DNA of 64,000 nt from Candidatus Hydrogenedentota bacterium (GTDB taxonomy: Bacteria > Hydrogenedentota > Hydrogenedentia > Hydrogenedentales > SLHB01), in the NCBI GenBank assembly GCA_963668025.2, contig CAXXTH010000017.1, positions 160,001 to 224,000 of the forward strand. Direction: 5' to 3'. The first letter of the stretch is position 1. Each line of letters starts with the position of its first letter. Positions 51,512 to 61,550 of this stretch are shown here, in pieces. The notes below the pieces were generated by a model. That model saw only the letters and a list, made by a program, of their open reading frames with translations. It was not told where the DNA came from and ran no database searches. The translations under genes and the position numbers were made by a program.

Positions 51512-53194
51512 GTGAACACGCGCAGTGTGCTTGTCCGGATTCCAGGATATCCATTCCATCCGGCCGCGCTTCAGCCAGATCGCCGTCTTGCTGAGGCCGC
51601 CGCATCCCTGTTCAGCGCTGGCCACGACACCCAAATCCGGGATTTCGGCACGGTAGGCTTAGTGGCGTGCATGTTTCCCGATGAATGGCGCGAGCAAGCC
51701 CGGCAACTGGTGAGCCGTTTTCTACACGAGCGCAGCCAAAATCCCCTGGTGACGTTGCACACCTTGTGGCGGGTCCGTTCACTCGATAAAGTGTTTTGTA
51801 CGCGCCGGATTCAAGTGGCCGTACGCCTGGCGGACGAATTAGCTCTAGAAGGCTCGCCGGATTTTATTTGCTTGTCACTATCGACGCCAGATGATATGGA
51901 GAGCGCGGAGCCCTTTATGAGGCGGTACCGCCAGATTCGCCCTCGAGTGCGCTCCGCGGCGCTTGGCGCTTTGGTGGATACGCACGGCGAGTTGCTGGCG
52001 CGCATGCCGGGGCTATTTGATTGCCTTTTTACGGCGGGCGGCGAATCAAGCCTCCCGGGCTGGGCCGCGCATCTGGATGAACCCGCCATATGGGCAGGCC
52101 TGCCTAATCTCATTTATAACGACAATGGGGCCATCCGCCGCACGCGACACCAAGCGCCAGACTCATCTGGGCCTTTTCCGGCGTATGGCGAGGCGATCTA
52201 TCCGTCATTACATGGCGGCGGGGAGATGAACGCGCTCAAGCTCCGGCTGTTCGAGCTTGAGGAGAGCCGGGGATGCCCGAGGCGCTGTTACGCGTGCCTG
52301 CACGACGCCAGCGAAGATGGGCTGCACGCCAAATCGGCGGCGCGGATCTCGGCGGAAATTCGCACACTTGCCGCGCTGTACGGTGCGCGGGCGTTTCATA
52401 TGCTTCCTTCTCCGCTTGGAGCCGCGCAGGCGGGCGATACCGCTGCGGCCATGCTGCGCCAAGGCCTTGATGCGTCTTATAGCCGGTCTGATCATTTGTG
52501 TTATGCATCCCCGGGGGCGCTTCCCCTGGTTCGCGCCTCGGGCTGCGCCGTAGCCTCCTTTCTCGTGGACACGGGCAGCCAGCGGCTTCAAGAGGATTTA
52601 TATGGGCGTTCGATCACGGTGACGCGCATCGAGGAGCTTCTCAGCCGTTCCGTCGCGGAAGGGCTCTATACCATCGCCCACCTCACGTTTCCCAGTCCGG
52701 CGGATGACGAGCATACCCGCGAGGAGACCTTGCGCCTCCTTGCGCGGACGCGCCCGCATGCCGCAACGGTCGCGCTGCCCCAGTTGTCCCCCCATTCGAC
52801 TTGGCGCAAACAAGCGGTTTCATTTGGTTTTGGTGTGCTCAAGGCCGCGGGCGGCTCCGAATGGGATGGGATGCGCACCCGGTTCCCCTTGCCCCAGGAT
52901 CGCTGGAATCAAACCGCATACCGTATTGGCGGGCTATCCGCAGGGCAGGCGCTGAAGGCCCAGGAAGACATGCTGGAGAGCATTGAAAAGCTGGGCATCC
53001 AAACCACGGTCACGGAACATACCGCGCTCATGGCTTTCATGCTGGGCCATGAAGAAGAAACCGGCTCATTCGCCCAGCATGTCATGCGCGCCTTCTTTAC
53101 GGGAGAAATTGACACCTTGGCCAGTTTGATTCAGGATTTCAATACTGCCGCCACTCATGCCGCATCGGCGTCTGACCCCAAAACCGCCGCGTAA
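51512..53194 (+). CDS. radical SAM protein with B12-binding-like N-terminus (divergent)
   Basis: SRGCPRRCYAC (CxxxCxxC); PNLIY; DTGSQRL. Confidence 0.75.
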   Translation: MNTRSVLVRIPGYPFHPAALQPDRRLAEAAASLFSAGHDTQIRDFGTVGLVACMFPDEWREQARQLVSRFLHERSQNPLVTLHTLWRVRSLDKVFCTRRIQVAVRLADELALEGSPDFICLSLSTPDDMESAEPFMRRYRQIRPRVRSAALGALVDTHGELLARMPGLFDCLFTAGGESSLPGWAAHLDEPAIWAGLPNLIYNDNGAIRRTRHQAPDSSGPFPAYGEAIYPSLHGGGEMNALKLRLFELEESRGCPRRCYACLHDASEDGLHAKSAARISAEIRTLAALYGARAFHMLPSPLGAAQAGDTAAAMLRQGLDASYSRSDHLCYASPGALPLVRASGCAVASFLVDTGSQRLQEDLYGRSITVTRIEELLSRSVAEGLYTIAHLTFPSPADDEHTREETLRLLARTRPHAATVALPQLSPHSTWRKQAVSFGFGVLKAAGGSEWDGMRTRFPLPQDRWNQTAYRIGGLSAGQALKAQEDMLESIEKLGIQTTVTEHTALMAFMLGHEEETGSFAQHVMRAFFTGEIDTLASLIQDFNTAATHAASASDPKTAA

Positions 53195-53477
53195 CCGCTA
53201 TTATGCCGCCCGCTTTACGGTTCCTCCACGGCGGGCATGCCCAGACAGCGATTCCGCAAGGTGGGGCCACGGACCGCATTTTGCTGGGGCAAAGGGCGTT
53301 TTTGAGTACGGAGCAGTTTCGGAAAGACGCCAAGGGCGTTTTTGCCAGGCAGTGGGGCCGCGCCAGAGGGGTCGTATCAGGGGCGGGGGAGTGAAAAGTG
53401 GGCGTAGGAGCAATAGTAGGGCGGTCCGGGTGTTGGCCGGTCGGCTGGGAACGGAGCGGTTGTGGGCTGAGAAGCCG

Positions 53478-54725
53478 CTATGTGGGCGGGCGCAACTGGC
53501 TGTAGAACTCAGCGGCGATGAGTCTAGCGAAGTATAGAGCCGTATGTCCCTGACGAAGTTCGGGTTTGATGTCACGAGTGAGCCAGGCATGGAACAGATT
53601 GTAGGCCAGCATGAGTAGGAGGAGTATCGCCACGATGGCGTTTGGGTCGTGGTGGTAGACGTGGTCGGCGTGCCAAAGTCCGGCCAGTTCGTTGAAGGCG
53701 TGATTTTCGATGTCCCATCGGCCGTGGCCGATAAGCACAATCGCAGTGGTAGTGGCCTTTTGAGCACTCAAACTGGCGGCCCAAAGCCATTCACTGGTGA
53801 GGGTTTGATCTCGCTCTTCCTTTTTGCCTCGTTGACGGCGCACGGTCCATGTCTCGAAGGAGCGCACGACCCGTACCTTGCGTCCGAGCTGGGTCCAGGA
53901 GTCAAAACCCTTTATGTCGTGGCATACGCACTGTCTTTTGCCATAGCTGAAGGGTACAGGATCCGTCTTTCCGGCTTCGAGTAGGGCTCGGAAGTCTTGA
54001 ATCAGGCCGCGGTTCTCATTCTTCAGGACGGCGATGAAATCCTTTTTGTGGTTCAGAATGAGCGTGCATAGGTGGGGATCGAGATACAGCGCGTCGCCCG
54101 CAACCACGTTGAACGCGCGCGGACAAACCTGCAACAGCCGTTTGAGCAGTCGCATGGCGGCGGCGATTTCGCCTTCTCCTTTCTGCTGTAGTTCCAAGTC
54201 CAGCAGCATGCGCCCGCCGTCGCACAAAAGATAGGCCATGACATAGCGGTGGTAGTATTGAGTCCGTTTTTCCCTGCCCTTGCCATAGGTTACTTCGCGT
54301 TCCGAACATTCAGGGCAAGAGCGCAGATAACTGGCGCACATCTCGTGGCCGTCCAAGATGAGCACCTGCAGGTTGCCGGGTAAAGGGCGCAACGTCTTTT
54401 TCCGCTTGCGCTGACGGTAGTGTTCGTATAGCAGCCCGCGCACGGTGTCCAAATCCATCAGGGCCGACACCTCACCCAGACGATCGGCGCTGGGCAGGTT
54501 TCCGTCCATCCAGCCATGCCACCGGCTGCGTTTGGATTCTATGTTCCCAAACGCCTCCTCGACGCCGTTGAAGCTGCCCAGGCGCACGCACAACGTGAAA
54601 AACACCTCCATGACTACCCGCATCGTAGGGATTTCCGGGGCCTTACGCCGGTCCGTAATCCGCCTGAGTTGATTGCGCAGATCGTAGACCTTTTCCCCAT
54701 ATTTAAGAAGGCGACTAAGAATCAG
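53478..54725 (-). CDS. DDE transposase, probable non-AUG (CTG) start
   Basis: ILDGHE, GEGEIAAA, AGDALY and RWDIENHAFNEL motifs. The frame is open 34 codons upstream of ATG 54623 to CTG 54725, which follows AAGGA. Confidence 0.85.
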   Translation of the reverse strand: MILSRLLKYGEKVYDLRNQLRRITDRRKAPEIPTMRVVMEVFFTLCVRLGSFNGVEEAFGNIESKRSRWHGWMDGNLPSADRLGEVSALMDLDTVRGLLYEHYRQRKRKKTLRPLPGNLQVLILDGHEMCASYLRSCPECSEREVTYGKGREKRTQYYHRYVMAYLLCDGGRMLLDLELQQKGEGEIAAAMRLLKRLLQVCPRAFNVVAGDALYLDPHLCTLILNHKKDFIAVLKNENRGLIQDFRALLEAGKTDPVPFSYGKRQCVCHDIKGFDSWTQLGRKVRVVRSFETWTVRRQRGKKEERDQTLTSEWLWAASLSAQKATTTAIVLIGHGRWDIENHAFNELAGLWHADHVYHHDPNAIVAILLLLMLAYNLFHAWLTRDIKPELRQGHTALYFARLIAAEFYSQLRPPT

Positions 54726-55050
54726 GCTGTTCCTTAAGCTCCTTGAGCTTCTGCCACGCGTCCTCCGACAGCTTCTCCAGCAATTCCTGCACGGCCTGGT
54801 AGTTCTTCACCCACGCGCGGACCTCTTCCTCCAACGACGGGGGTACAAACATCTGCCGCCGTTTCCCCTTCACCGTACACACCAGATACAGGGCCTGATG
54901 TCTTTCCCCTTTGGCGCAGCGGCACCCTGCTTTACCGCAGGTGACCGAGCGCGGATTGAGCGTGGCTCGAATCAGGGGGCGTTCGTGAACCAACTGCGCC
55001 AAACGGGACTGAAATTGGCGCTCTTGGGTGGACATTTGTATACGCGACAT
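54715..55050 (-). CDS. DUF6788-like small IS accessory protein
   Basis: TCGKAGCRC..GERH zinc-type motif; GGAGG RBS; lies inside the IS and overlaps the transposase start. Confidence 0.82.
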   Translation of the reverse strand: MSRIQMSTQERQFQSRLAQLVHERPLIRATLNPRSVTCGKAGCRCAKGERHQALYLVCTVKGKRRQMFVPPSLEEEVRAWVKNYQAVQELLEKLSEDAWQKLKELKEQPDS

Positions 55051-55161
55051 GCGACCTCCATCTTGTACCCTTATAATATACAAGACATAAGCCAAAAGTC
55101 AAGGTCAAAGATGAATGCGAATCTGATCGGGAAAAGGTGAGCCCGCCTAAGCCCGCCGCTC

Positions 55162-56604
55162 CTAAGAACTTACCCCCTCACACAAACCCTCGCTTGCGGA
55201 ATCGCTGATGCCCAGGCGGCAAACGGCCTCGGGCGTGATGAGGGCGTCAAAGGCGTCTTCAGCAAGGATTCCCTCTTCCAATACCAGTTGCCGGATGCTT
55301 CGATTTGAAGCCGCGGCGCGTTCAGCGATACTGCCTGCGGCGGCGTAGCCCAGGACGGGCACGAGGGCCGTGGCGGTAGCGGTCGAGGCCTCGACATGGG
55401 CGCGGCATCGGGTTTCATTGGCTTCCATGCCTTCGATGCAATACCGGCGCAAGATATTGCACGCTCCCGCGAGTAGCTGGCAACTATCGAGCAGGCACAT
55501 GGCCACCAGCGGCAGAAATGCGTTCAATTCGAGATTGCCCTGAGAACAGGCGAAGGCGATGGTTTGGTTATGGCCCATGACGAGCATGGCGGCTTGGCTG
55601 GCCGCCTCGGGTATGACGGGGTTCACCTTGCCCGGCATGATCGAGGAGCCCGCCTGGCGCGCGGGCAGCCGCAGCTCGCCAAAACCCGCTTCCGGCCCCG
55701 AGGAAAGCAGGCGCAGGTCCGTACAGACTTTTAGGAGTGTGGCGGCGCACGCGTTGAGAATGCCCGAAACCTCGACGAACACATCCGCATTCTGCGTCGC
55801 TTCGACAAGGTTCTCCGCGCGGGCGAAACCAATGCCCGTGCAATCGCGCAAAGCGTCCACGACCCGGAAAATATACTGCCGGGGCGCGGCGAGGCCCGTC
55901 CCGATAGCCGTGCCGCCCAGGTTGACGACGCGCAGGCGTTCTTCGCACTTATAAATGCGCCACCGGTCGCGGCTGAAGGCTTCGGCATAAGCGCCCATCT
56001 CGCGCCCGAGCGTGGTCAGCACCGCATCTTGCAGTTGCGTGCGGCCTACTTTGACAATATGGGCGAATGCCTTTTCCTTGGTTTGGAATGCTTCCTGCAA
56101 GGCCACAACACGCTCTTCGAGGATATACAGGAGCCGGATCGCCGCGAGTTTGAGGGCGGTGGGATAGGTATCGTTGGTGGATTGATGGCGGTTCACATCG
56201 CCAATAGGGGAAACGCAGCCATACGCTCCATGCGGTTCGCCCAGCATTTCCAGCGCACGATTGGCGATGACTTCGTTCACGTTCATATTGAGGCTAGTGC
56301 CCGCGCCGCCTTGGAGGGGATCCACGGCAATGTCCTCATCGAGCAAACCATCGGCCATTTCCTGGCAAGCCCGCAGCAGGGCATCCGCTTTGGCCGTATC
56401 CTCACGCCATACGCCGAGTCCATGGTTAGTTCGGGCGCACGCCAGTTTTACGAACCCATACGCCCGAATGAGTTCGGGATGTACGCGGCGGCCCGTGAGC
56501 GGGAAATTATCGAGCGCCCGCGCGGTATGCACCCCATATCGTTTCGCCTTCGGCACGCTCACTTCGCCCAAGGCGTCTCGTTCGACTCGGAATCCACCTA
56601 TCAT
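55162..56604 (-). CDS. aspA: aspartate ammonia-lyase-like protein (fumarase/aspartase family), IS-modified C-terminus
   Basis: GGAGTSLNMN, QSTND, GRTQLQDA and GSSIMPGKVNP motifs. Confidence 0.88.
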   Translation of the reverse strand: MIGGFRVERDALGEVSVPKAKRYGVHTARALDNFPLTGRRVHPELIRAYGFVKLACARTNHGLGVWREDTAKADALLRACQEMADGLLDEDIAVDPLQGGAGTSLNMNVNEVIANRALEMLGEPHGAYGCVSPIGDVNRHQSTNDTYPTALKLAAIRLLYILEERVVALQEAFQTKEKAFAHIVKVGRTQLQDAVLTTLGREMGAYAEAFSRDRWRIYKCEERLRVVNLGGTAIGTGLAAPRQYIFRVVDALRDCTGIGFARAENLVEATQNADVFVEVSGILNACAATLLKVCTDLRLLSSGPEAGFGELRLPARQAGSSIMPGKVNPVIPEAASQAAMLVMGHNQTIAFACSQGNLELNAFLPLVAMCLLDSCQLLAGACNILRRYCIEGMEANETRCRAHVEASTATATALVPVLGYAAAGSIAERAAASNRSIRQLVLEEGILAEDAFDALITPEAVCRLGISDSASEGLCEGVSS

Positions 56605-56844
56605 AGCTGCTCCCATTGGCGCACTCCGTGCGCATGGGCTTGATTATGGCACAGAGGCATGCCTGTTTTCGCACCGCATGCTCGGCATATGGCCGCCACA
56701 TGACCGAATACAATAAGAAACCTTGTATATGCGGCCAATGTCAAGGGAACAATCCAGGAAACCGGGACAACTCAGGGACGCACGCCAATGCCGGCCCGAA
56801 ATGCTCCGCACAGAGTGCCAGCGGCTTCCCCACATAGCATAAAG

Positions 56845-56884
56845 AAAAAGCCCCAAGGACCGTATTTTATAAGTCCTTGGGGCT
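56845..56884 (-). terminator. original tRNA terminator, displaced by integration
   Basis: AGCCCCAAGGAC/GTCCTTGGGGCT stem with U-tract on the minus strand; near-duplicate at 62821-62860. Confidence 0.75.
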
Positions 56885-56896
56885 ATTGACATTATA

Positions 56897-56945
56897 TGGT
56901 GCCGGTGCACGGATTCGAACCGCGGACACGTGGATTATGATTCCA
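56897..56945 (-). repeat. att site: 49-bp duplicate of the tRNA-Met 3' portion
   Basis: Identical to 62872-62920. Confidence 0.95.
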
Positions 56946-57109
56946 TATTTGCCGGTAATTTCGAGAAACATTAGGCTATATTAATACATGCGGTAAGCGC
57001 TAATATTATTGGTGTTTTTGCGTTTTTTACATTCCTTGTTGACTCTATGAATTTCCCGTGATATATTTCCGTTGGATCCCCGGTGGATCCCCAGAAAGGA
57101 AGGCATGTC

Positions 57110-58399
57110 ATGGCGCGCGTAAAATTGACGGCAAAGGTAGTCGATGCCACCAAGCCTAAAAGCAGGGAATACAGCATACCGGATACAGAACAAAAAGGGC
57201 TTGTGCTTCGTGTTCGGCCATCCGGGGAGAAAACCTATTGCTTGCTCTATCGAAATGGGCAAGGACAGCGAAAGCGCTACACTATCGGCAATGTGGACAA
57301 ATACACTTTGACTCAGGCCCGCGCCGCCGCCACCCAGCAACTAGGCAAGATTGCATTAGGTACGGATGTACAGGAAGAACGAAAAGAAGCCCGCCAAGAG
57401 CGCCACACGCTAGAAAGCTTCATCACCCAAGTATACGCCCCATGGGCAAGCGCGAACCGGAAAGCAGGTGCGCACACCGCCCGCCGTGTGCTTCGAGCGT
57501 TCAAGTCCTTGCTTGATCTCGAACTGGCAACGATCACCCCGTGGCATATCGAGAAATGGCGGAGCGCCCGGACCCAGGACAGTGGCCGCCGTTCGCATGG
57601 CAACCGGGATATTGCCTGTCTGAAATCTGTTTTCAGCAAGGCCAAAGAATGGGGCTGTATCAGCGAGAGCCCGATCCGGGATGTGCGCCTTGCCCGGCAA
57701 GATAAGAGCATAGCCGTCAAGATCCGCATTCTTAGCCCAGAGGAAGAGGCCCGCCTTTGGGATGTCCTATTCGAGCGGGAAAAGCAGATACGCCACCACC
57801 GCGCCTCACATAACTTGTGGCTCCGTTCCCGAAAACTTGAAGAGCGCCAAGACCTAGATAAGTGCATGTTCGCGGACTGGCTCCGCCCTATGCTGACGAT
57901 CATGCTTCATTGCGGATTGCGCCGAAGCGAAGCCTTTCTCATTCAATGGGGCGATGTGGATTTTCAGACAGGTATGCTAATCATCCGGGGCGAGATCGCC
58001 AAGAGTGGACAGACCCGCGTGATTCCATTGAATGCCGCCGCCTTAGAATGTTTCAAGGCATGGCGTGCCCAGAGTCCCGGAGCGGATGGCTCCGTTGTGT
58101 TCCCAAACCCAGAAACGAGGCTTCCCTTCACCACGATCACCAAGACGTGGCATGAAGTACGCAAGGCCGCCGGACTGCCCGCCCTACGGCTTCATGATTT
58201 GCGGCATACGTTTTGTAGCCGCCTCTTGGCCGCCGGTGCGGACTTGCAGACCGTTCGAGAGCTTGCAGGACACACAAGCATATCCACGACGGCAATATAT
58301 TTGCACAGCACCCAGGACAGGAAGCGCGCCGCCGTGGAACTGCTAGGCCGCCCCTCGAACGTGATATCCCTCGATACCCACCGGGAAGGCTGTGCATGA
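57110..58399 (+). CDS. tyrosine integrase with N-terminal arm-binding domain
   Basis: GLVLRVRPSG.KT arm domain; GLRRSE, AKSG, HDLRH, AGH and TAIY catalytic residues. Confidence 0.96.
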   Translation: MARVKLTAKVVDATKPKSREYSIPDTEQKGLVLRVRPSGEKTYCLLYRNGQGQRKRYTIGNVDKYTLTQARAAATQQLGKIALGTDVQEERKEARQERHTLESFITQVYAPWASANRKAGAHTARRVLRAFKSLLDLELATITPWHIEKWRSARTQDSGRRSHGNRDIACLKSVFSKAKEWGCISESPIRDVRLARQDKSIAVKIRILSPEEEARLWDVLFEREKQIRHHRASHNLWLRSRKLEERQDLDKCMFADWLRPMLTIMLHCGLRRSEAFLIQWGDVDFQTGMLIIRGEIAKSGQTRVIPLNAAALECFKAWRAQSPGADGSVVFPNPETRLPFTTITKTWHEVRKAAGLPALRLHDLRHTFCSRLLAAGADLQTVRELAGHTSISTTAIYLHSTQDRKRAAVELLGRPSNVISLDTHREGCA

Positions 58400-58658
58400 G
58401 CGCCAACACCCCGCATGAGGCCGCGCTAAGCGCCGCGAACGCCCCGCAAGCCGATAATCATACACGAAACGCCCTTGCTTCGATTGCGGGGCATCCTAGG
58501 CCGCCTCTTGGCCATCTTGACACGTGAGTAACAATAGGATATTATTAGTATGACTTTAGGGTAGCCGAAGCCGATTGCAACGGCCCGGCGCACGTGGGAG
58601 CTTTCGTGGTTCTGTCCTTCTGCGAGGCTTCTCACGGCCCTAAAAAAAGGACACAATC

Positions 58659-59339
58659 ATGAAGCAATGGGTTCAGTTCTTCCCTGACGGTAAGTTTATT
58701 GGTCTGCGCGTTGACGGCGATGAGCGGACCGTCACTATACAGCGGGATTTAGAGAGGAAACTTCGTGCTGCGTTTGATTCGTTGGATTACTCAATAATTC
58801 TCAGTCTAGCCCAGAAAGAATACCCCATTTTCGGCATCGGCGATTTACCAGATCCTACACCAATCGATCACGCAATTGCCTGGCTATCTCTTTTTGCACC
58901 CCCAGATCAACGCGCCGCATCTATTCCTGTACTTTGCAATGCGTTTAAAGATGCGGTTTTTGATTTTCGAATCACTCTTTTGCCCAAAGAAGACAAGTTT
59001 TTCGTCCGACTTGCTCTTTTACGTGATGCAAAAGATATGCTTATCGCAAGACTAAAAGAGGAAAGCATCCAAGCCCTTGCCCCGGCGCGCCCGTGGAAAC
59101 CTGGCGATGAATATACACCGGATGGCCGCCTTCTGAATGATCGGGAGCTTGCAGTCATGAAGATTATTGCAAGACATAAAGGTATCAAAATGGATTCCTT
59201 GCTTGAGGAACTGAGCGAGCTTATCGATTGGCAACCGGACGCCAGCACGGTTAAGGCTGCAATCAAGCGCCTTCGAGCGGACGGGATCCCGATTCGCAAT
59301 GATGGCGGAAAGCATTCGGCAGGTTACTACCTAAGCTGA
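58659..59339 (+). CDS. hypothetical protein with C-terminal winged HTH
   Basis: ASTVKAAIKRLRADGIPI......GYYL (HTH_11-like); AAAGGA RBS. Confidence 0.7.
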   Translation: MKQWVQFFPDGKFIGLRVDGDERTVTIQRDLERKLRAAFDSLDYSIILSLAQKEYPIFGIGDLPDPTPIDHAIAWLSLFAPPDQRAASIPVLCNAFKDAVFDFRITLLPKEDKFFVRLALLRDAKDMLIARLKEESIQALAPARPWKPGDEYTPDGRLLNDRELAVMKIIARHKGIKMDSLLEELSELIDWQPDASTVKAAIKRLRADGIPIRNDGGKHSAGYYLS

Positions 59340-59446
59340 CTTTTACACTACTTTTAACATGCCTGATAAAGCAGTAATGGCGTGTAAGCTATCTCTATAG
59401 TCAATCCGCGATGGTGCGGAACAAACGAATGGAGATAGCCAAAAAA

Positions 59447-59653
59447 ATGGACAACAACACCCCCCGCCTAGTAAACGAACAAGACGCCGCCCAGATCCTT
59501 GGACTCAGCCCCCGAACGCTCCGCAAGGCCCGGTGTACCGGAGCACTTCCGAACGGAATCCCGGAACTGCCGTTCTACAAAATCGGGAAGGCCATCCGCT
59601 ACGATGTGAACGAGCTTGCCGCCATCGTGGCCGCGTGCCGGGTGTGTCGATAG
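59447..59653 (+). CDS. AlpA/excisionase-like HTH protein
   Basis: LVNEQDAAQILGLSPRTLRKAR...PFYKIGKAIRY. Confidence 0.85.
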   Translation: MDNNTPRLVNEQDAAQILGLSPRTLRKARCTGALPNGIPELPFYKIGKAIRYDVNELAAIVAACRVCR

Positions 59654-60154
59654 ATGCGCGCCCGAAACCTCAAGCCAGCACTATTTGTGAATGAGGATCT
59701 AGTGCAATGCTCGATACCCGCTAGATACCTTTTCACTGGTTTGTGGTGTATGGCGGACAATCGCGGATACCTCGAAGATAGACCGCTTAGAATTGCAGCC
59801 ACGATATATCCCTATGACCGCGATGTAAACGTTGATCAGCTATTGACGGAATTAGCGGATCATGGCTTCGTGGAACGGTTTGAATTCGACGGAATTAAGA
59901 TAATTTGGATTCCCAAATTCCACAAGCATCAGCGACCGCATGCGAATGAAAAAAGCTACGGCCTTGCGCTCAGTCCAAACGATTCGGAAAAAAGTCCGAA
60001 CCACTCGGGAAAAAGTCCGGACCATTCGGATATGTATGATGAAAGATTAGATCATGTCCCATGTCCCCCCCTTTCTGGATCTGGAAGGCAAGGGGAGCCT
60101 ATGCCGCGCCTCTTGAAGAAACCGCTGGACTTGGGAGCATTCGCGGATGAATAG
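59654..60154 (+). CDS. phage replication initiator N-terminal-like protein
   Basis: RARNLKPALF..EDL......RYLFTGLWCMADNRG.LEDRP..I...F.KHQRPH..EK.S, typical of phage replisome organisers; internal 21-bp repeats. Confidence 0.8.
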   Translation: MRARNLKPALFVNEDLVQCSIPARYLFTGLWCMADNRGYLEDRPLRIAATIYPYDRDVNVDQLLTELADHGFVERFEFDGIKIIWIPKFHKHQRPHANEKSYGLALSPNDSEKSPNHSGKSPDHSDMYDERLDHVPCPPLSGSGRQGEPMPRLLKKPLDLGAFADE

Positions 60155-60641
60155 CACAGCCCCCATAGGCCAAAGCTTTCAGCGAGCACTTGATCGCCTC
60201 GAAGCCGCTATGCAGGCCCGAAGCAGCGAAGAGCGAACCCAGGCCGAAGAATCATATCGTCAATGGGAAGCGGAGCACGAAGCCAGCCTGAAGCATTTTG
60301 AGCAATGGTATGCAAGCCGCACGCCCGAAGATACCGCCGAAACCAAACCCAAACACGCCCCACGCAAGGAGCCCGAACATATCAGCGAATTCCGCGCCGA
60401 AGTGAAAGCCGCTGGCGTTTCTGAGCAAGCGCTTGTAACGGCCATTGTGAAAGCCGTACGAAGCTATTACATGCTCCCAAACGGCGATTACCATACAAAG
60501 AAGGTCGAACGATGTGTACAGAGGCAAGGTATAGAAGAAACACTCGAAGCCACATTGAGCCTCTTGAGAATTCAGGATATCAATAGCGTTCATGACGTTT
60601 GGAGCCTACTTGAATTCAAGGCTAAAGCATTAAGTGACTAG
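60147..60641 (+). CDS. hypothetical protein
   Basis: 164-aa ORF overlapping both neighbours by 8 bp. Confidence 0.65.
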   Translation: MNSTAPIGQSFQRALDRLEAAMQARSSEERTQAEESYRQWEAEHEASLKHFEQWYASRTPEDTAETKPKHAPRKEPEHISEFRAEVKAAGVSEQALVTAIVKAVRSYYMLPNGDYHTKKVERCVQRQGIEETLEATLSLLRIQDINSVHDVWSLLEFKAKALSD

Positions 60642-61254
60642 CACGCCGGTTATCGGAATTGATGCCGATTCATGCGCGCTCGCATGGAGCTTGTGGCGCA
60701 ACGGCAAGATTGAATCCGCCGGGACAATTCGACGCGCAGATGCAAAAGGTAAAATCTATCCCGCGTATGATTCAGCCCTTGCCACCTTCATGGAGCGCGC
60801 CCAGGCCATACGCGCCACCGTATACGCTGAAGGAATCTTTCTTGCCGAAACCAAAGGCCGCGCTACACCGCGAAATGTGCAAGCCTTCCTGAAACTGGCG
60901 CATGTCCAAGCGGAGCTATTGCAGGCCGCCCGCGTTCATAGGGTGCGTATCGAGTGTGTATCTCCCAACACATGGCATGCCGCCATACTGAGCTTCACTA
61001 CAGACAGGCCGCGCCTTAAAACAGCCGCCCGCGACTTGGCCGAAATGCACTTGCCTAATCGCGAGATAAGCCAGCATGAAGCTGATGCACTGTGCATCTG
61101 TCTTTACGGAGTTTCGCAACACACAAACCACTTTACACCCGGAGCAATCCGGATAGCACCCCCGTGTTCCGCGCCGCCCCCCCAAAACAAAAGGTACTGT
61201 ACTAGCGGGAAGATACCAGGCAGGTCAGGCATCGACCAAGAAGCTGCACATTGA
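60634..61254 (+). CDS. RuvC-like Holliday junction resolvase (phage type)
   Basis: VIGID, VYAEG, VSPNTW and HEADALCI give the RNase H-fold acidic residues. Confidence 0.78.
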   Translation: MTSTPVIGIDADSCALAWSLWRNGKIESAGTIRRADAKGKIYPAYDSALATFMERAQAIRATVYAEGIFLAETKGRATPRNVQAFLKLAHVQAELLQAARVHRVRIECVSPNTWHAAILSFTTDRPRLKTAARDLAEMHLPNREISQHEADALCICLYGVSQHTNHFTPGAIRIAPPCSAPPPQNKRYCTSGKIPGRSGIDQEAAH

Positions 61255-61550
61255 CACCCCATAAATCAGACCGGATTACTCAAGTATACCAAGCCTGCCA
61301 TCCAGGCCGCCGCCACCCAAGCCCGCCGCGCCGCGCCACAGATCGAAGCGCCCATGCAAATTGTTGAAACTGCCGCAATGATCGTGTGCTGTACCAAAGG
61401 CCCAGACCCTTTAGAATGAGTTTGCCAAGCCGTTGTCAATTATGGTCTTTTGTGCTACATTGATCGAAAGACTAAGAGAGTTTGCATAATAGGTATCAAG
61501 ACTTCTCGGGTCCATTTGGACAGATGAGCGGATTGTTCAAGGGGGGAAGT

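Larger units (their letters stand above)
53246..55207 (-). mobile_element. two-ORF IS (DUF6788-like ORF + IS4/ISAs1-like DDE transposase), 1962 bp
   Basis: Perfect 15-bp TIR CAGCGATTCCGCAAG; flanking ATGCCCAGA/ATGCCCAGG direct repeat; inserted in the aspA-like 3' end. Confidence 0.9.

Noticed and set aside
56897-56945. Second tRNA-Met gene
   Set aside because: Lacks the 5' acceptor strand and D-arm; it is the att duplicate
60634-61254. RuvC-like ORF as a TnpB/Cas12-type RNA-guided nuclease
   Set aside because: Only 206 aa with a contiguous RuvC fold, no zinc finger or REC/WED region, and no adjacent array; fits a phage-type resolvase
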